Part shown: positions 24,401 through 38,390 of the stretch, one piece after another
Position numbering within the stretch: the first letter of the stretch is position 1
How the letters are laid out: each line of letters begins with the position of its first letter
Origin: Eledone cirrhosa
Taxonomy: Eukaryota
Direction of reading: 5' to 3'
NCBI GenBank assembly: GCA_964016885.1
Contig: OZ024754.1
Coordinates: forward strand, 24,862,001 to 24,926,000
Length of the DNA: 64,000 nt
Made by a program: the position numbers and the translations under genes
The notes under the pieces: generated by a model
The model's input: the letters and a program-made list of their open reading frames with translations, nothing else
Databases searched by the model: none
Told to the model about the DNA's origin: nothing

Positions 24401-27400
24401 TAGTACTTTGGTGTTGAAGTGATAGTAATTTGGTGTTGAAGTGATAGTACTTTGGTGCTGAAGTGTTAGTACTTTGGTGTTGAAGTCGTAGTACTTTGGT
24501 GTTGAAGTGGTAGTACTTTGGTGTTGAAGTGTTAGTACTTTGGTGTTGAAGTGATAGTACTTTGGTGTTGAAGTGATAGTACTTTGGTGTTGAAGTGATA
24601 GTGCTTTGGTGTTGAAGTAATAGTACTTTGGTGTTGAAGTGATAGAACTTTGGTGTTGAAGTGGTAGTACTTTGGTGTTGAAGTGATAGTACTTTGGTGT
24701 TGAAGTGGTAGTACTTTGGTGTTGAAGTGGTAGTACTTTGGTGTTGAAGTGATAGTAATTTGGTGTTGAAGTGATAGTACTTTGGTGTTGAAGTGGTAGT
24801 ACTTTGGTGTTGAAGTGATAGTACTTTGGTGTTGAAGTGGTAGTACTTTGGTGTTGAAGTGATAGTAATTTGGTGTTGAAGTGATAGTACTTTGGTGTTG
24901 AAGTGATAGTACTTTGGTGTTGAAGTGGTAGTACTTTGGTGTTGAAGTGGTAGTACTTTGGTGTTGAAGTGATAGAACTTTGGTGTTGAAGTGGTAGTAC
25001 TTTGGTGTTGAAGTGATAGTACTTTGGTGTTGAAGTGGTAGTACTTTGGTGTTGAAGTGGTAGTACTTTGGTGTTGAAGTGATAGTAATTTGGTGTTGAA
25101 GTGATAGTACTTTGGTGCTGAAGTGTTAGTACTTTGGTGTTGAAGTGGTAGTACTTTGGTGTTGAAGTGTTAGTACTTTGGTGTTGAAGTGGTAGTACTT
25201 TGGTGTTGAAGTGATAGTACTTTGGTGTTGAAGTGGTAGTACTTTGGTGTTGAAGTGATAGTACTTTGGTGTTGAAGTGGTAGTACTTTGGTGTTGAAGT
25301 GGTAGTACTTTGGTGTTGAAGTGATAGTAATTTGGTGTTGAAGTGATAGTACTTTGGTGTTGAAGTGGTAGTACTTTGGTGTTGAAGTGGTAGTACTTTG
25401 GTGTTGAAGTGATAGAACTTTGGTGTTGAAGTGGTAGTACTTTGGTGTTGAAGTGATAGTACTTTGGTGTTGAAGTGGTAGTACTTTGGTGTTGAAGTGG
25501 TAGTACTTTGGTGTTGAAGTGATAGTAATTTGGTGTTGAAGTGATAGTACTTTGGTGCTGAAGTGTTAGTACTTTGGTGTTGAAGTGGTAGTACTTTGGT
25601 GTTGAAGTGTTAGTACTTTGGTGTTGAAGTGGTAGTACTTTGGTGTTGAAGTGATAGTACTTTGGTGTTGAAGTGGTAGTACTTTGGTGTTGAAGTGGTA
25701 GTAATTTGGTGTTGAAGTGATAGTACTTTGATGCTGAAGTGGTAGTACTTTGGTGTTGAAGTGATAGTACTTTGGTATTCAAGTGGTAGTACTTTGGTGT
25801 TGAAGTGATAGTACTTTGGTGTTGAAGTGATAGTACTTTGGTGTTGAAGTGATAGTACTTTGGTGTTGAAGTGGTAGTACTTTGGTGTTGATGTGGTAGT
25901 ACTTTGGTGTTGAAGTGATAGTACTTTGGTGTTGAAGTGATAATACTTTGGTATTCAAGTGATTGTACTTTGGTGTTGAAGTGGTAGTACTTTGGTGTTG
26001 AAGTGGTAGTACTTTGGTGTTGAAGTGGTAGTACTTTGGTGTTGAAGTGATAGTACTTTGGTGTTGAAGTGGTAGTAATTTGGTGTTGAAGTTATAGTAC
26101 TTTGGTGTTGAAGTGGTAGTACTTTGGTGTTGAAGTGGTAGTACTTTGGTGTTGAAGTGGAAGTACTTTGGTGTTGAAGTGGTAGTACTTTGGTGTTGAA
26201 GTGGTAGTACTTTGGTGTTGAAGTGGTAGTAATTTGGTGTTGAAGTGATAGTACTTTGGCGTTGAAGTGATAGTACTTTGGTGTTGAAGTGGTAGTACTT
26301 TGGTGTTGAAGTGGTAGTAATTTGGTGTTGAAGTGATAGTAATTTGGTGTTGAAGTGATAGTACTTTGGTGTTGAAGTGATAGTACTTTGTTGTTGAAGT
26401 CGTAGTCCTTTGGCGTTGAAGTGGTAGTAATTTGGTGTTGAAGTGGTAGTACTTTGGTGTTGAAGTGATAGTACTTTGGTGTTGAAGTGGTAGTACTTTG
26501 GTGTTGAAGTGATAGTACTTTGGTGTTGAAGTGGTAGTACTTTGGTGTTGAAGTGGTAGTACTTTGGTGTTGAAGTGATAGTAATTTGGTGTTGAAGTGA
26601 TAGTACTTTGGTGTTGAAGTGATAGTACTTTGGTGTTGAAGTCGTAGTACTTTGGTGTTGAAGTGGTAGTACTTTGGTGTTGAAGTGGAAGTACTTTGGT
26701 GTTGAAGTGGTAGTACTTTGGTGTTGAAGTGGTAGTACTTTGGTGTTGAAGTGGTAGTACTTTGGTGTTGAAGTGATAGTACTTTGGTGTTGAAGTGGTA
26801 GTACTTTGGTGTTGAAGTGGAAGTACTTTGGTGTTGAAGTGATAGTAATTTGGTGTTGAAGTGATAGTACTTTGGTGCTGAAGTGGTAGTAACTTGGTGT
26901 TGAAGTAATAGTACTTTGGCGTTGAAGTGATAGTACTTTGGTGTTGAAGTCGTAGTACTTTGGTGTTGAAGTGGTAGTACTTTGGTGTTGAAGTCGTAGT
27001 ACTTTGGTGTTGAAGTGGTAGTAATTTGGTGTTGAAGTAATAGTACTTTGGCGTTGAAGTGATAGTACTTTGGTGTTGAAGTCGTAGTACTTTGGTGTTG
27101 AAGTGGTAGTACTTTGGTGTTGAAGTCGTAGTACTTTGGTGTTGAAGTGGTAGTAATTTGGTGTTGAAGTGATAGTACTTTGATGTTGAAGTCGTAGTAC
27201 TTTGGTGTTGAAGTGGTAGTACTTTGGTGTTGAAATGGTAGTACTTTGGTGTTGAAGTGATAGAACTTTGGTGCTGAAGTGATAGTACTTTGGTGTTGAA
27301 GTGGTAGTACTTTGGTGTTGAAGTGGTAGTACTTTGGTGTTGAAGTGATAGTACTTTGGTGTTGAAGTCGTAGTACTTTGGTGTTGAAGTGGTAGTAATT

Positions 27401-28639
27401 TGGTGTTGAAGTGATAGTACTTTGGTGTTGAAGTGGTAGTACTTTGGTGTTGAAGTGGTAGTACTTTGGTGTTGAAGTGATAGTAATTTGGTGTTGAAGT
27501 GATAGTACTTTGGTGCTGAAGTGTTAGTACTTTGGTGTTGAAGTCGTAGTACTTTGGTGTTGAAGTGGTAGTACTTTGATGTTGAAGTGATAGTACTTTG
27601 GTGTTGAAGTGATAGTACGTTGGTGTTGAAGTGATAGTACTTTGGTGTTGAAGTGGTAGTACTTTGGTGTTGAAGTGGTAGGAATTTGGTGTTGAAGTGA
27701 TAGTAATTTGGTGCTGAAGTGGTAGAACTTTGGTGTTGAAGTGATAGTACTTTGGTATTCAAGTGGTAGTACTTTGGTGTTGAAGTGGTAGTACTTTGGT
27801 GTTGAAGTGATAGTACTTTGGTGTTGAAGTGATAGTACTTTGGTGTTGAAGTGGTAGTACTTTGGTGTTGATGTGGTAGTACTTTGGTGTTGAAGTGATA
27901 GTACTTTGGTGTTGAAGTGATAGAACTTTGGTGTTGAAGTGGTAGTACTTTGGTGTTGAAGTGATAGTACTTTGGTGTTGAAGTGGTAGGAATTTGGTGT
28001 TGAAGTGGTAGTACTTTGGTGTTGAAGTGGTAGGAATTTGGTGTTGAAGTGGTAGTACTTAGGTGTTGAAGTCGTAGTACTTTGGTGTTGAAGTGGTAGT
28101 ACTTTGGTGTTGAAGTGGTAGGAATTTGGTGTTGAAGTGGTAGTACTTAGGTGTTGAAGTCGTAGTACTTTGGTGTTGAAGTCGTAGTACTTTGGTGTTG
28201 AAGTGGTAGTAATTTGGTGCTGAAGTGGTAGAACTTTGGTGTTGAAGTCGTAGTACTTTGGTGTTGAAGTGGTAGTAATTTGGTGTTGAAGTGGTAGTAC
28301 TTTGGTGCTGAAGTGTTAGTACTTTGGTGTTGAAGTCGTAGTACTTTGGTGTTGAAGTGGTAGTAATTTGGTGTTGAAGTGATAGTACTTTGGTGTTGAA
28401 GTGGTAGTACTTTGGTGTTGAAGTGGTAGTACTTTGGTGTTGAAGTGATAGTAGTTTGGTGTTGAAGTTGTAGTACTTTGGTGTTGAAGTGGTAGTCATT
28501 TGGTGTTGAAGTGATAGTACTTTGGTGTTGAAGTGGTAGTACTTTGGTGTTGAAGTCGTAGTACTTTGGTGTTGAAGTGGTAGTAATTTGGTGTTGAAGT
28601 GATAGTACTTTGATGTTGAAGTCGTAGTACTTTGGTGTT

Positions 28640-31600
28640 GAAGTGGTAGTACTTTGGTGTTGAAGTGGTAGTACTTTGGTGTTGAAGTGATAGAACTTTG
28701 GTGCTGAAGTGATAGTACTTTGGTGTTGAAGTGATAGTACTTTGGTGTTGAAGTCGTAGTACTTTGGTGTTGAAGTGGTAGTAATTTGGTGTTGAAGTGA
28801 TAGTACTTTGGTGTTGAAGTGGTAGTACTTTGGTGTTGAAGTGGTAGTACTTTGGTGTTGAAGTGATAGTAATTTGGTGTTGAAGTGATAGTACTTTGGT
28901 GCTGAAGTGTTAGTACTTTGGTGTTGAAGTCGTAGTACTTTGGTGTTGAAGTGGTAGTACCTTGGTGTTGAAGTGTTAGTATTTTGGTGTTGAAGTGATA
29001 GTACTTTGGTGTTGAAGTGATAGTACTTTGGTGTTGAAGTGATAGTGCTTTGGTGTTGAAGTAATAGTACTTTGGTGTTGAAGTGATAGAACTTTGGTGT
29101 TGAAGTGGTAGTACTTTGGTGTTGAAGTGATAGTACTTTGGTGTTGAAGTGGTAGTACTTTGGTGTTGAAGTGGTAGTAATTTGGTGTTGAAGTGATAGT
29201 ACTTTGGTGCTGAAGTGGTAGTACTTTGGTGTTGAAGTGATAGTACTTTGGTATTCAAGTGGTAGTACTTTGGTGTTGAAGTGATAGTACTTTGGTGTTG
29301 AAGTGATAGTACTTTGGTGTTGAAGTGATAGTACTTTGGTGTTGAAGTGGTAGTACTTTGGTGTTGAAGTGATAGTACTTTGGTGTTGAAGTGATAATAC
29401 TTTGGTATTCAAGTGATTGTACTTTGGTGTTGAAGTGGTAGTACTTTGGTGTTGAAGTGGTAGTACTTTGGTGTTGAAGTGGTAGTACTTTGGTGTTGAA
29501 GTGATAGTACTTTGGTGTTGAAGTGGTAGTAATTTGGTGTTGAAGTTATAGTACTTTGGTGTTGAAGTGGTAGTACTTTGGTGTTGAAGTGGTAGTACTT
29601 TGGTGTTGAAGTGAAAGTACTTTGGTGTTGAAGTGGTAGTACTTTGGTGTTGAAGTGGTAGTACTTTGGTGTTGAAGTGGTAGTAATTTGGTGTTGAAGT
29701 GATAGTACTTTGGCGTTGAAGTGATAGTACTTTGGTGTTGAAGTGGTAGTACTTTGGTGTTGAAGTGGTAGTAATTTGGTGTTGAAGTGATAGTAATTTG
29801 GTGTTGAAGTGATAGTACTTTGGTGTTGAAGTGATAGTACTTTGGTGTTGAAGTCGTAGTCCTTTGGCGTTGAAGTGGTAGTAATTTGGTGTTGAAGTGG
29901 TAGTACTTTGGTGTTGAAGTGGTAGTACTTTGGTGTTGAAGTGGTAGTACTTTGGTGTTGAAGTGATAGTACTTTGGTGCTGAAGTGGTAGTACTTTGGT
30001 GTTGAAGTGATAGTACTTTGGTATTCAAGTGGTAGTACTTTGGTGTTGAAGTGATAGTACTTTGGTGTTCAAGTGATAGTACTTTGGTGTTGAAGTGATA
30101 GTACTTTGCTGTTGAAGTGATAGTACTTTGGTGTTGAAGTGGTAGTACTTTGGTGTTGAAGTGATAGTACTTTGGTGTTGAAGTGATAGTACTTTGGTGT
30201 TGAAGTGGTAGTACTTTGGTGTTGAAATGATAATACTTTGGTGTTGAAGTGGTAGTACTTTGGTGTTGAAGTGATAGTACTTTGGTATTCAAGTGGTAGT
30301 ACTTTGGTGTTGAAGTGATAGTACTTTGGTGTTGAAGTGATAGTACTTTGGTGTTGAAGTGATAGTACTTTGGTGTTGAAGTGACAGTACTTTGGTGTTG
30401 AAGTGGTAGTAATTTGGTGTTGAAGTGGTAGTACTTTGGTGTTGAAGTGGTAGTACTTTGGTGTTGAAGTGATAGAACTTTGGTGCTGAAGTGATAGTAC
30501 TTTGGTGTTGAAGTGATAGTACTTTGGTGTTGAAGTCGTAGTACTTTGGTGTTGAAGTGGTAGTAATTTGGTGTTGAAGTGATAGTACTTTGGTGTTGAA
30601 GTGGTAGTACTTTGGTGTTGAAGTGGTAGTACTTTGGTGTTGAAGTGATAGTAATTTGGTGTTGAAGTGATAGTACTTTGGTGCTGAAGTGTTAGTACTT
30701 TGGTGTTGAAGTCGTAGTACTTTGGTGTTGAAGTGGTAGTACCTTGGTGTTGAAGTGTTAGTATTTTGGTGTTGAAGTGATAGTACTTTGGTGTTGAAGT
30801 GATAGTACTTTGGTGTTGAAGTGATAGTGCTTTGGTGTTGAAGTAATAGTACTTTGGTGTTGAAGTGATAGAACTTTGGTGTTGAAGTGGTAGTACTTTG
30901 GTGTTGAAGTGATAGTACTTTGGTGTTGAAGTGGTAGTACTTTGGTGTTGAAGTGGTAGTAATTTGGTGTTGAAGTGATAGTACTTTGGTGCTGAAGTGG
31001 TAGTACTTTGGTGTTGAAGTGATAGTACTTTGGTATTCAAGTGGTAGTACTTTGGTGTTGAAGTGATAGTACTTTGGTGTTGAAGTGATAGTACTTTGGT
31101 GTTGAAGTGATAGTACTTTGGTGTTGAAGTGGTAGTACTTTGGTGTTGAAGTGATAGTACTTTGGTGTTGAAGTGATAATACTTTGGTATTCAAGTGATT
31201 GTACTTTGGTGTTGAAGTGGTAGTACTTTGGTGTTGAAGTGGTAGTACTTTGGTGTTGAAGTGGTAGTACTTTGGTGTTGAAGTGATAGTACTTTGGTGT
31301 TGAAGTGGTAGTAATTTGGTGTTGAAGTTATAGTACTTTGGTGTTGAAGTGGTAGTACTTTGGTGTTGAAGTGGTAGTACTTTGGTGTTGAAGTGAAAGT
31401 ACTTTGGTGTTGAAGTGGTAGTACTTTGGTGTTGAAGTGGTAGTACTTTGGTGTTGAAGTGGTAGTAATTTGGTGTTGAAGTGATAGTACTTTGGCGTTG
31501 AAGTGATAGTACTTTGGTGTTGAAGTGGTAGTACTTTGGTGTTGAAGTGGTAGTAATTTGGTGTTGAAGTGATAGTAATTTGGTGTTGAAGTGATAGTAC

Positions 31601-32220
31601 TTTGGTGTTGAAGTGATAGTACTTTGGTGTTGAAGTCGTAGTCCTTTGGCGTTGAAGTGGTAGTAATTTGGTGTTGAAGTGGTAGTACTTTGGTGTTGAA
31701 GTGGTAGTACTTTGGTGTTGAAGTGGTAGTACTTTGGTGTTGAAGTGATAGTACTTTGGTGCTGAAGTGGTAGTACTTTGGTGTTGAAGTGATAGTACTT
31801 TGGTATTCAAGTGGTAGTACTTTGGTGTTGAAGTGATAGTACTTTGGTGTTCAAGTGATAGTACTTTGGTGTTGAAGTGATAGTACTTTGCTGTTGAAGT
31901 GATAGTACTTTGGTGTTGAAGTGGTAGTACTTTGGTGTTGAAGTGATAGTACTTTGGTGTTGAAGTGATAGTACTTTGGTGTTGAAGTGGTAGTACTTTG
32001 GTGTTGAAATGATAATACTTTGGTGTTGAAGTGGTAGTACTTTGGTGTTGAAGTGATAGTACTTTGGTATTCAAGTGGTAGTACTTTGGTGTTGAAGTGA
32101 TAGTACTTTGGTGTTGAAGTGATAGTACTTTGGTGTTGAAGTGATAGTACTTTGGTGTTGAAGTGACAGTACTTTGGTGTTGAAGTGGTAGTAATTTGGT
32201 GTTGAAGTGGTAGTACTTTG
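28640..32220. repeat. Near-perfect tandem duplication within the satellite, period 1,782 bp (81 monomers)
   Basis: ORFs 29546-30292 and 31328-32074 translate identically. GTGACAG 30381/32163 and GATAGAAC 28689/30471 are also offset by 1782. Confidence 0.92.
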
Positions 32221-35200
32221 GTATTCAAGTGGTAGTACTTTGGTGTTGAAGTGAAAGTACTTTGGTGTTGAAGTAATAGTACTTTGGTGTTGAAGTGATA
32301 GTACGTTGGTGTTGAAGTGATAGTACTTTGGTGTTGAAGTGGTAGTACTTTGGTGTTGATGTGGTAGTACTTTGGTGTTGAAGTGGTAGTACTTTGGTGT
32401 TGAAGTGGTAGTAATTTGGTGTTGAAGTGATAGTACTTTGGTGTTGAAGTGGAAGTACTTTGGTGTTGAAGTGATAGTACTTTGGTGTTGAAGTGGTAGT
32501 AATTTGGTGTTGAAGTGATAGTTCTTTGGTGTCGAAGTGATAGTACTTTGGTGTTGAAGTGGTAGTACTTTGGTGTTGAAGTGGTAGTACTTTGGTGTTG
32601 AAGTGATAGTACTTTGGTGTTGAAGTGGTAGTAATTTGGTGTTGAAGTGATAGTTCTTTGGTGTCGAAGTGATAGTACTTTGGTGTTGAAGTGGTAGTAA
32701 TTTGGTGTTGAAGTGATAGTACTTTGGTGTTGAAGTGATAGTACTTTGGTGTTGAAGTGAAAGTACTTTGGTGTTGAAGTGATAGTACTTTGGTGTTGAA
32801 GTGATAGTACGTTGGTGTTGAAGTGATAGTACTTTGGTGTTGAAGTGGTAGTACTTTGGTGTTGATGTGGTAGTACTTTGGTGTTGAAGTGGTAGTACTT
32901 TGGTGTTGAAGTGATAGTACTTTGGTGTTGAAGTGATAGTACTTTGGTGTTGAAGTGATAGTACTTTCGTGTTGAAGTGATAGTACTTTGGTGTTGAAGT
33001 GACAGTACTTTGGTGTTGAAGTGGTAGTAATTTGGTGTTGAAGTGATAGTTCTTTGGTGTCGAAGTGATAGTACTTTGGTATTCAAGTGGTAGTACTTTG
33101 GTGTTGAAGTGGTAGTACGTTGGTGTTGAAGTGATAGTTCTTTGGTGTTGAAGTGAAAGTACTTTGGTGTTGAAGTGAAAGTACTTTGGTGTTGAAGTGA
33201 TAGTTCTTTGGTGTTGAAGTGATAGTTCTTTGGTGTTGAAGTGATAGTACTTTGGTGTTGAAGTGAAAGTACTTTGGTGTTGAAGTGATAGTTCTTTGGT
33301 GTTGAAGTGAAAGTACTTTGGTGTTGAAGTGATAGTTCTTTGGTGTCGAAGTGATAGTACTTTGGTATTCAAGTGGTAGTACTTTGGTGTTGAAGTGGTA
33401 GTACGTTGGTGTTGAAGTGGTAGTACTTTGGTGTTGAAGTGAAAGTACTTTGGTGTTGAAGTGGTAGTACTTTGGTGTTGAAGTGGTAGTACTTTGGTGT
33501 TGAAGTGAAAGTACTTTGGTGTTGAAGTGATAGTTCTTTGGTGTCGAAGTGATAGTACTTTGGTATTCAAGTGGTAGTACTTTGGTGTTGAAGTGGTAGT
33601 ACGTTGGTGTTGAAGTGATAGTACTTTGGTGTTGAAGTGGTAGTACTTTGGTGTTGAAGTGATAGTACTTTGGTGTTGAAGTGATAGTGCTTTGGTGTTG
33701 AAGTATTAGTACTTTGGTGTTGAAGTGATAGAACTTTGGTGTTGAAGTGGTAGTACTTTGGTGTTGAAGTGGTAGTACTTTGGTGTTGAAGTGGAAGTAC
33801 TTTGGTGTTGAAGTGGTAGTAATTTGGTGTTGAAGTGATAGTACTTTGGTGTTGAAGTGGTAGTACTTTGGTGTTGAAGTGAAAGTACTTTGGTGTTGAA
33901 GTGGTAGTACTTTGGTGTTGAAGTCGTAGTACTTTGGTGTTAAAGTGGTAGTACTTTGGTGTTGAAGTGGTAGTACTTTGGTGTTGAAGTGATAGTACTT
34001 TGGTGTTGAAGTGGTAGTACTTTGGTGTTGAAGTCGTAGTACTTTGGTGTTAAAGTGGTAGTAATTTGCTGTTGAAGTGATAGTACTTTGGTGTTGAAGT
34101 GGTAGTACTTTGGTGTTGAAGTGGTAGTACTTTGGTGTTGAAGTGGTAGTAATTTGGTGTTGAAGTGATAGTACTTTGGTGTTGAAGTGATAGTAGTTTG
34201 GTGTTGAAGTGGTAGTACTTTGGTGTTGAAGTCGTAGTACTTTGGTGTTGAAGTGGTAGTAATTTGGTGTTGAAGTGATAGTACTTTGGTGTTGAAGTGG
34301 TAGTACTTTGGTGTTGAAGTCGTAGTACTTTGGTGTTGAAGTGGTAGTACTTTGGTGTTGAAGTGATAGTACTTTGGTGTTGAAGTGGTAGTACTTTGGT
34401 GTTGAAGTGATAGTACTTTGGTGTTGAAGTGGTAGTACTTTGGTGTTGAAGTGGTAGTACTTTGGTGTTGAAGTGGTAGTACTTTGGTGTTGAAGTGGTA
34501 GTACTTTGGTGTTGAAGTGATAGTACTTTGGTGTTGAAGTGGTAGTACTTTGGTGTTGAAGTGGTAGTACTTTGGTGTTGAAGTGATAGTACTTTGGTGT
34601 TGAAGTGGTAGTACTTTGGTGTTGAAGTGGTAGTACTTTGGTGTTGAAGTGGTAGTACTTTGGTGTTGAAGTGATAGTAATTTGGTGTTGAAGTGGTAGT
34701 ACTTTGGTGTTGAAGTCGTAGTACTTTGGTGTTGAAGTGGAAGTACTTTTGTGTTGAAGTGATAGTACTTTGCTGTTGAAGTGATAGTAGTTTGGTGTTG
34801 AAGTGGTAGTAGTTTGGTGTTGAAGTGGTAGTACTTTGGTGTTGAAGTGGTAGTACTTTGGTGTTGAAGTGGTAGTCATTTGGTGTTGAAGTGATAGTAC
34901 TTTGGTGTTGAAGTGGTAGTACTTTGGTGTTGAAGTGGTAGTACTTTGGTGTTGAAGTGGTAGTACTTTGGTGTTGAAGTGGTAGTACTTTGGTGTTGAA
35001 GTCGTAGTACTTTGGTGTTGAAGTGGAAGTACTTTTGTGTTGAAGTGATAGTACTTTGGTGTTGAAGTGGTAGTACTTTGGTGTTGAAGTGATAGTACTT
35101 TGGTGTTGAAGTCGTAGTACTTTGGTGTTGAAGTGGTAGTAATTTGGTGTTGAAGTGGTAGTACTTTGGTGTTGAAGTTGTAGTACTTTGGTGTTGAAGT

Positions 35201-37859
35201 GATAGTAATTTGGTGTTGAAGTGATAGTACTTTGGTGCTGAAGTGTTAGTACTTTGGTGTTGAAGTCGTAGTACTTTGGTGTTGAAGTGGTAGTACTTTG
35301 GTGTTGAAGTGATAGTACTTTGGTGTTGAAGTGATAGTACTTTGGTGTTGAAGTAATAGTACTTTGGTGTTGAAGTGATAGTACTTTGGTGTTGAAGTGA
35401 TAGTGCTTTGGTGTTGAAGTAATAGTACTTTGGTGTTGAAGTGATAGAACTTTGGTGTTGAAGTGGTAGTACTTTGGTGTTGAAGTGACAGTACTTTGGT
35501 GTTGAAGTGGTAGTAATTTGGTGTTGAAGTGATAGTACTTTGGTGCTGAAGTGGTAGTACTTTGGTGTTGAAGTGATAGTACTTTGGTATTCAAGTGGTA
35601 GTACTTTGGTGTTGAAGTGATAGTACTTTGGTGTTGAAGTGATAGTACTTTGGTGTTGAAGTGATAGTACTTTGGTGTTGAAGTGGTAGTAATTTGGTGT
35701 TGAAGTGATAGTACTTTGGTGTTGAAGTGGTAGTACTTTGGTGTTGAAGTGGTAGTACTTTGGTATTGAAGTGGAAGTACTTTGGTGTTGAAGTGGTAGT
35801 ACTTTGGTGTTGAAGTGGTAGTACTTTGGTGTTGAAGTGGTAGTACTTTGGTGTTGAAGTGGTAGTAATTTGGTGTTGAAGTGATAGTACTTTGGTGCTG
35901 AAGTGATAGTACTTTGGTGTTGAAGTTATAGTACTTTGGTATTCAAGTGGTAGTACTTTGGTGTTGAAGTGATAGTACTTTGGTGTTGAAGTGATAGTAC
36001 TTTGGTGTTGAAGTGATAGTACTTTGGTGTTGAAGTGGTAGTACTTTGGTGTTGATGTGGTAGTACTTTGGTGTTGAAGTGATAGTACTTTGGTGTTGAA
36101 GTGATAGTACTTTGGTGTTGAAGTGGTAGTACTTTGGTGTTGAAGTGGTAGTACTTTGGTGTTGAAGTGGTAGTAATTTGGTGTTGAAGTGATAGTACTT
36201 TGATGTTGAAGTGGTAGTACTTTGGTATTCAAGTGATAGTACTTTGGTGTTGAAGTGGTAGTATTTTGGTGTTGAAGTGATAGTACTTTGGTGTTGAAGT
36301 GGTAGTACTTTGGTGTTGAAGTGATAGTACTTTGGTATTCAAGTGGTAGTACTTTGGTATTCAAGTGATAGTACTTTGGTGTTGAAGTGGTAGTATTTTG
36401 GTGTTGAAGTGATAGTACTTTGGTGTTGAAGTGGTAGTACTTTGGTGTTGAAGTGATAGTACTTTGGTATTCAAGTGGTAGTACTTTGGTGTTGAAGTGG
36501 TAGTACTTTGGTGTTGAAGTGATAGTACTTTGGTGTTGAAGTGGTAGTACTTTGGTGTTGATGTGGTAGTACTTTGGTGTTGAAGTGATAGTACTTTGGT
36601 GTTGAAGTGATAGTACTTTGGTGTTGAAGTGGTAGTACTTTGGTGTTGAAGTGGTAGTACTTTGGTGTTGAAGTGGTAGTACTTTGGTATTCAAGTGGTA
36701 GTACTTTGGTGTTGAAGTGGTAGTACTTTGGTGTTGAAGTCGTAGATCTTTGGTGTTGAAGTGGTAGTACTTTGGTGTTGAAGTGGTAGTACTTTGGTGT
36801 TGAAGTGGTAGTACTTTGGTGTTGAAGTGGTAGTACTTTGGTGTTGAAGTCGTAGAACTTTGGTGTTGAAGTGGTAGTACTTTGGTGTTGAAGTGGTAGT
36901 ACTTTGGTGTTGAAGTGATAGTACTTTGGTGTTGAAGTGGTAGTACTTTGGTGTTGAAGTGGTAGTACTTTGGTGTTGAAGTGGTAGTACTTTGGTGTTG
37001 ATGTGGTAGTACTTTGGTGTTGAAGTGATAGTACTTTGGTGTTGAAGTGATAGTACTTTGGTGTTGAAGTGGTAGTACTTTGGTGTTGAAGTGGTAGTAC
37101 TTTGGTGTTGAAGTGGTAGTACTTTGGTATTCAAGTGGTAGTACTTTGGTGTTGAAGTGGTAGTACTTTGGTGTTGAAGTCGTAGAACTTTGGTGTTGAA
37201 GTGGTAGTACTTTGGTGTTGAAGTGATAGTACTTTGGTGTTGAAGTGATAGTACTTTGGTGTTGAAGTGATAGTACTTTGGTGTTGAAGTGATAGTACTT
37301 TGGTGTTGAAGTGGTAGTACTTTGGTGTTGATGTGGTAGTACTTTGATGTTGAAGTGATAGTACTTTGGTGTTGAAGTGATAGTACTTTGGTGTTGAAGT
37401 GGTAGTACTTTGGTGTTGAAGTGGTAGTACTTTGGTGTTGAAGTGATAGTACTTTGGTGTTGAAGTGGTAGTACTTTGGTGTTGAAGTGGTAGTACTTTG
37501 GTATTCAAGTGGTAGTACTTTGGTGTTGAAGTGGTAGTACTTTGGTGTTGAAGTCGTAGAACTTTGGTGTTGAAGTGGTAGTACTTTGGTGTTGAAGTGG
37601 TAGTACTTTGGTGTTGAAGTGATAGTACTTTGGTGTTGAAGTGATAGTACTTTGGTGTTGAAGTAATAGTACTTTGGTGTTGAAGTGATAGTACTTTGGT
37701 GTTGAAGTGATAGTACTTTGGTGTTGAAGTGATAGTACTTTGGTGTTGAAGTGGTAGTAATTTGGTGTTGAAGTGGTAGTACTTTGGTGTTGAAGTGGTA
37801 GTACTTTGGTGTTGAAGTGGTAGTACTTTGGTGTTGAAGTGGTAGTACTTTGGTGTTGA

Positions 37860-38390
37860 AGTGATAGTACTTTGGTGCTGAAGTGTTAGTACTTTGGTGT
37901 TGAAGTCGTAGTACTTTGGTGTTGAAGTGGTAGTACTTTGGTGTTGAAGTGGTAGTACTTTGGTGTTGAAGTGATAGTACTTTGGTGCTGAAGTGTTAGT
38001 ACTTTGGTGTTGAAGTCGTAGTACTTTGGTGTTGAAGTGGTAGTACTTTGGTGTTGAAGTGGTAGTACTTTGGTGTTGAAGTGATAGTACTTTGGTGCTG
38101 AAGTGTTAGTACTTTGGTGTTGAAGTCGTAGTACTTTGGTGTTGAAGTGGTAGTACTTTGGTGTTGAAGTGGTAGTACTTTGGTGTTGAAGTGATAGTAC
38201 TTTGGTGCTGAAGTGTTAGTACTTTGGTGTTGAAGTCGTAGTACTTTGGTGTTGAAGTGGTAGTACTTTGGTGTTGAAGTGGTAGTACTTTGGTGTTGAA
38301 GTGATAGTACTTTGGTGCTGAAGTGTTAGTACTTTGGTGTTGAAGTCGTAGTACTTTGGTGTTGAAGTGGTAGTACTTTGGTGTTGAAGT
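37860..38390. repeat. 5-monomer (110-bp) higher-order repeat x5
   Basis: GCTGAAGTGTTAG followed by GTCGTAG at 37877, 37987, 38097, 38207 and 38317. Confidence 0.92.
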
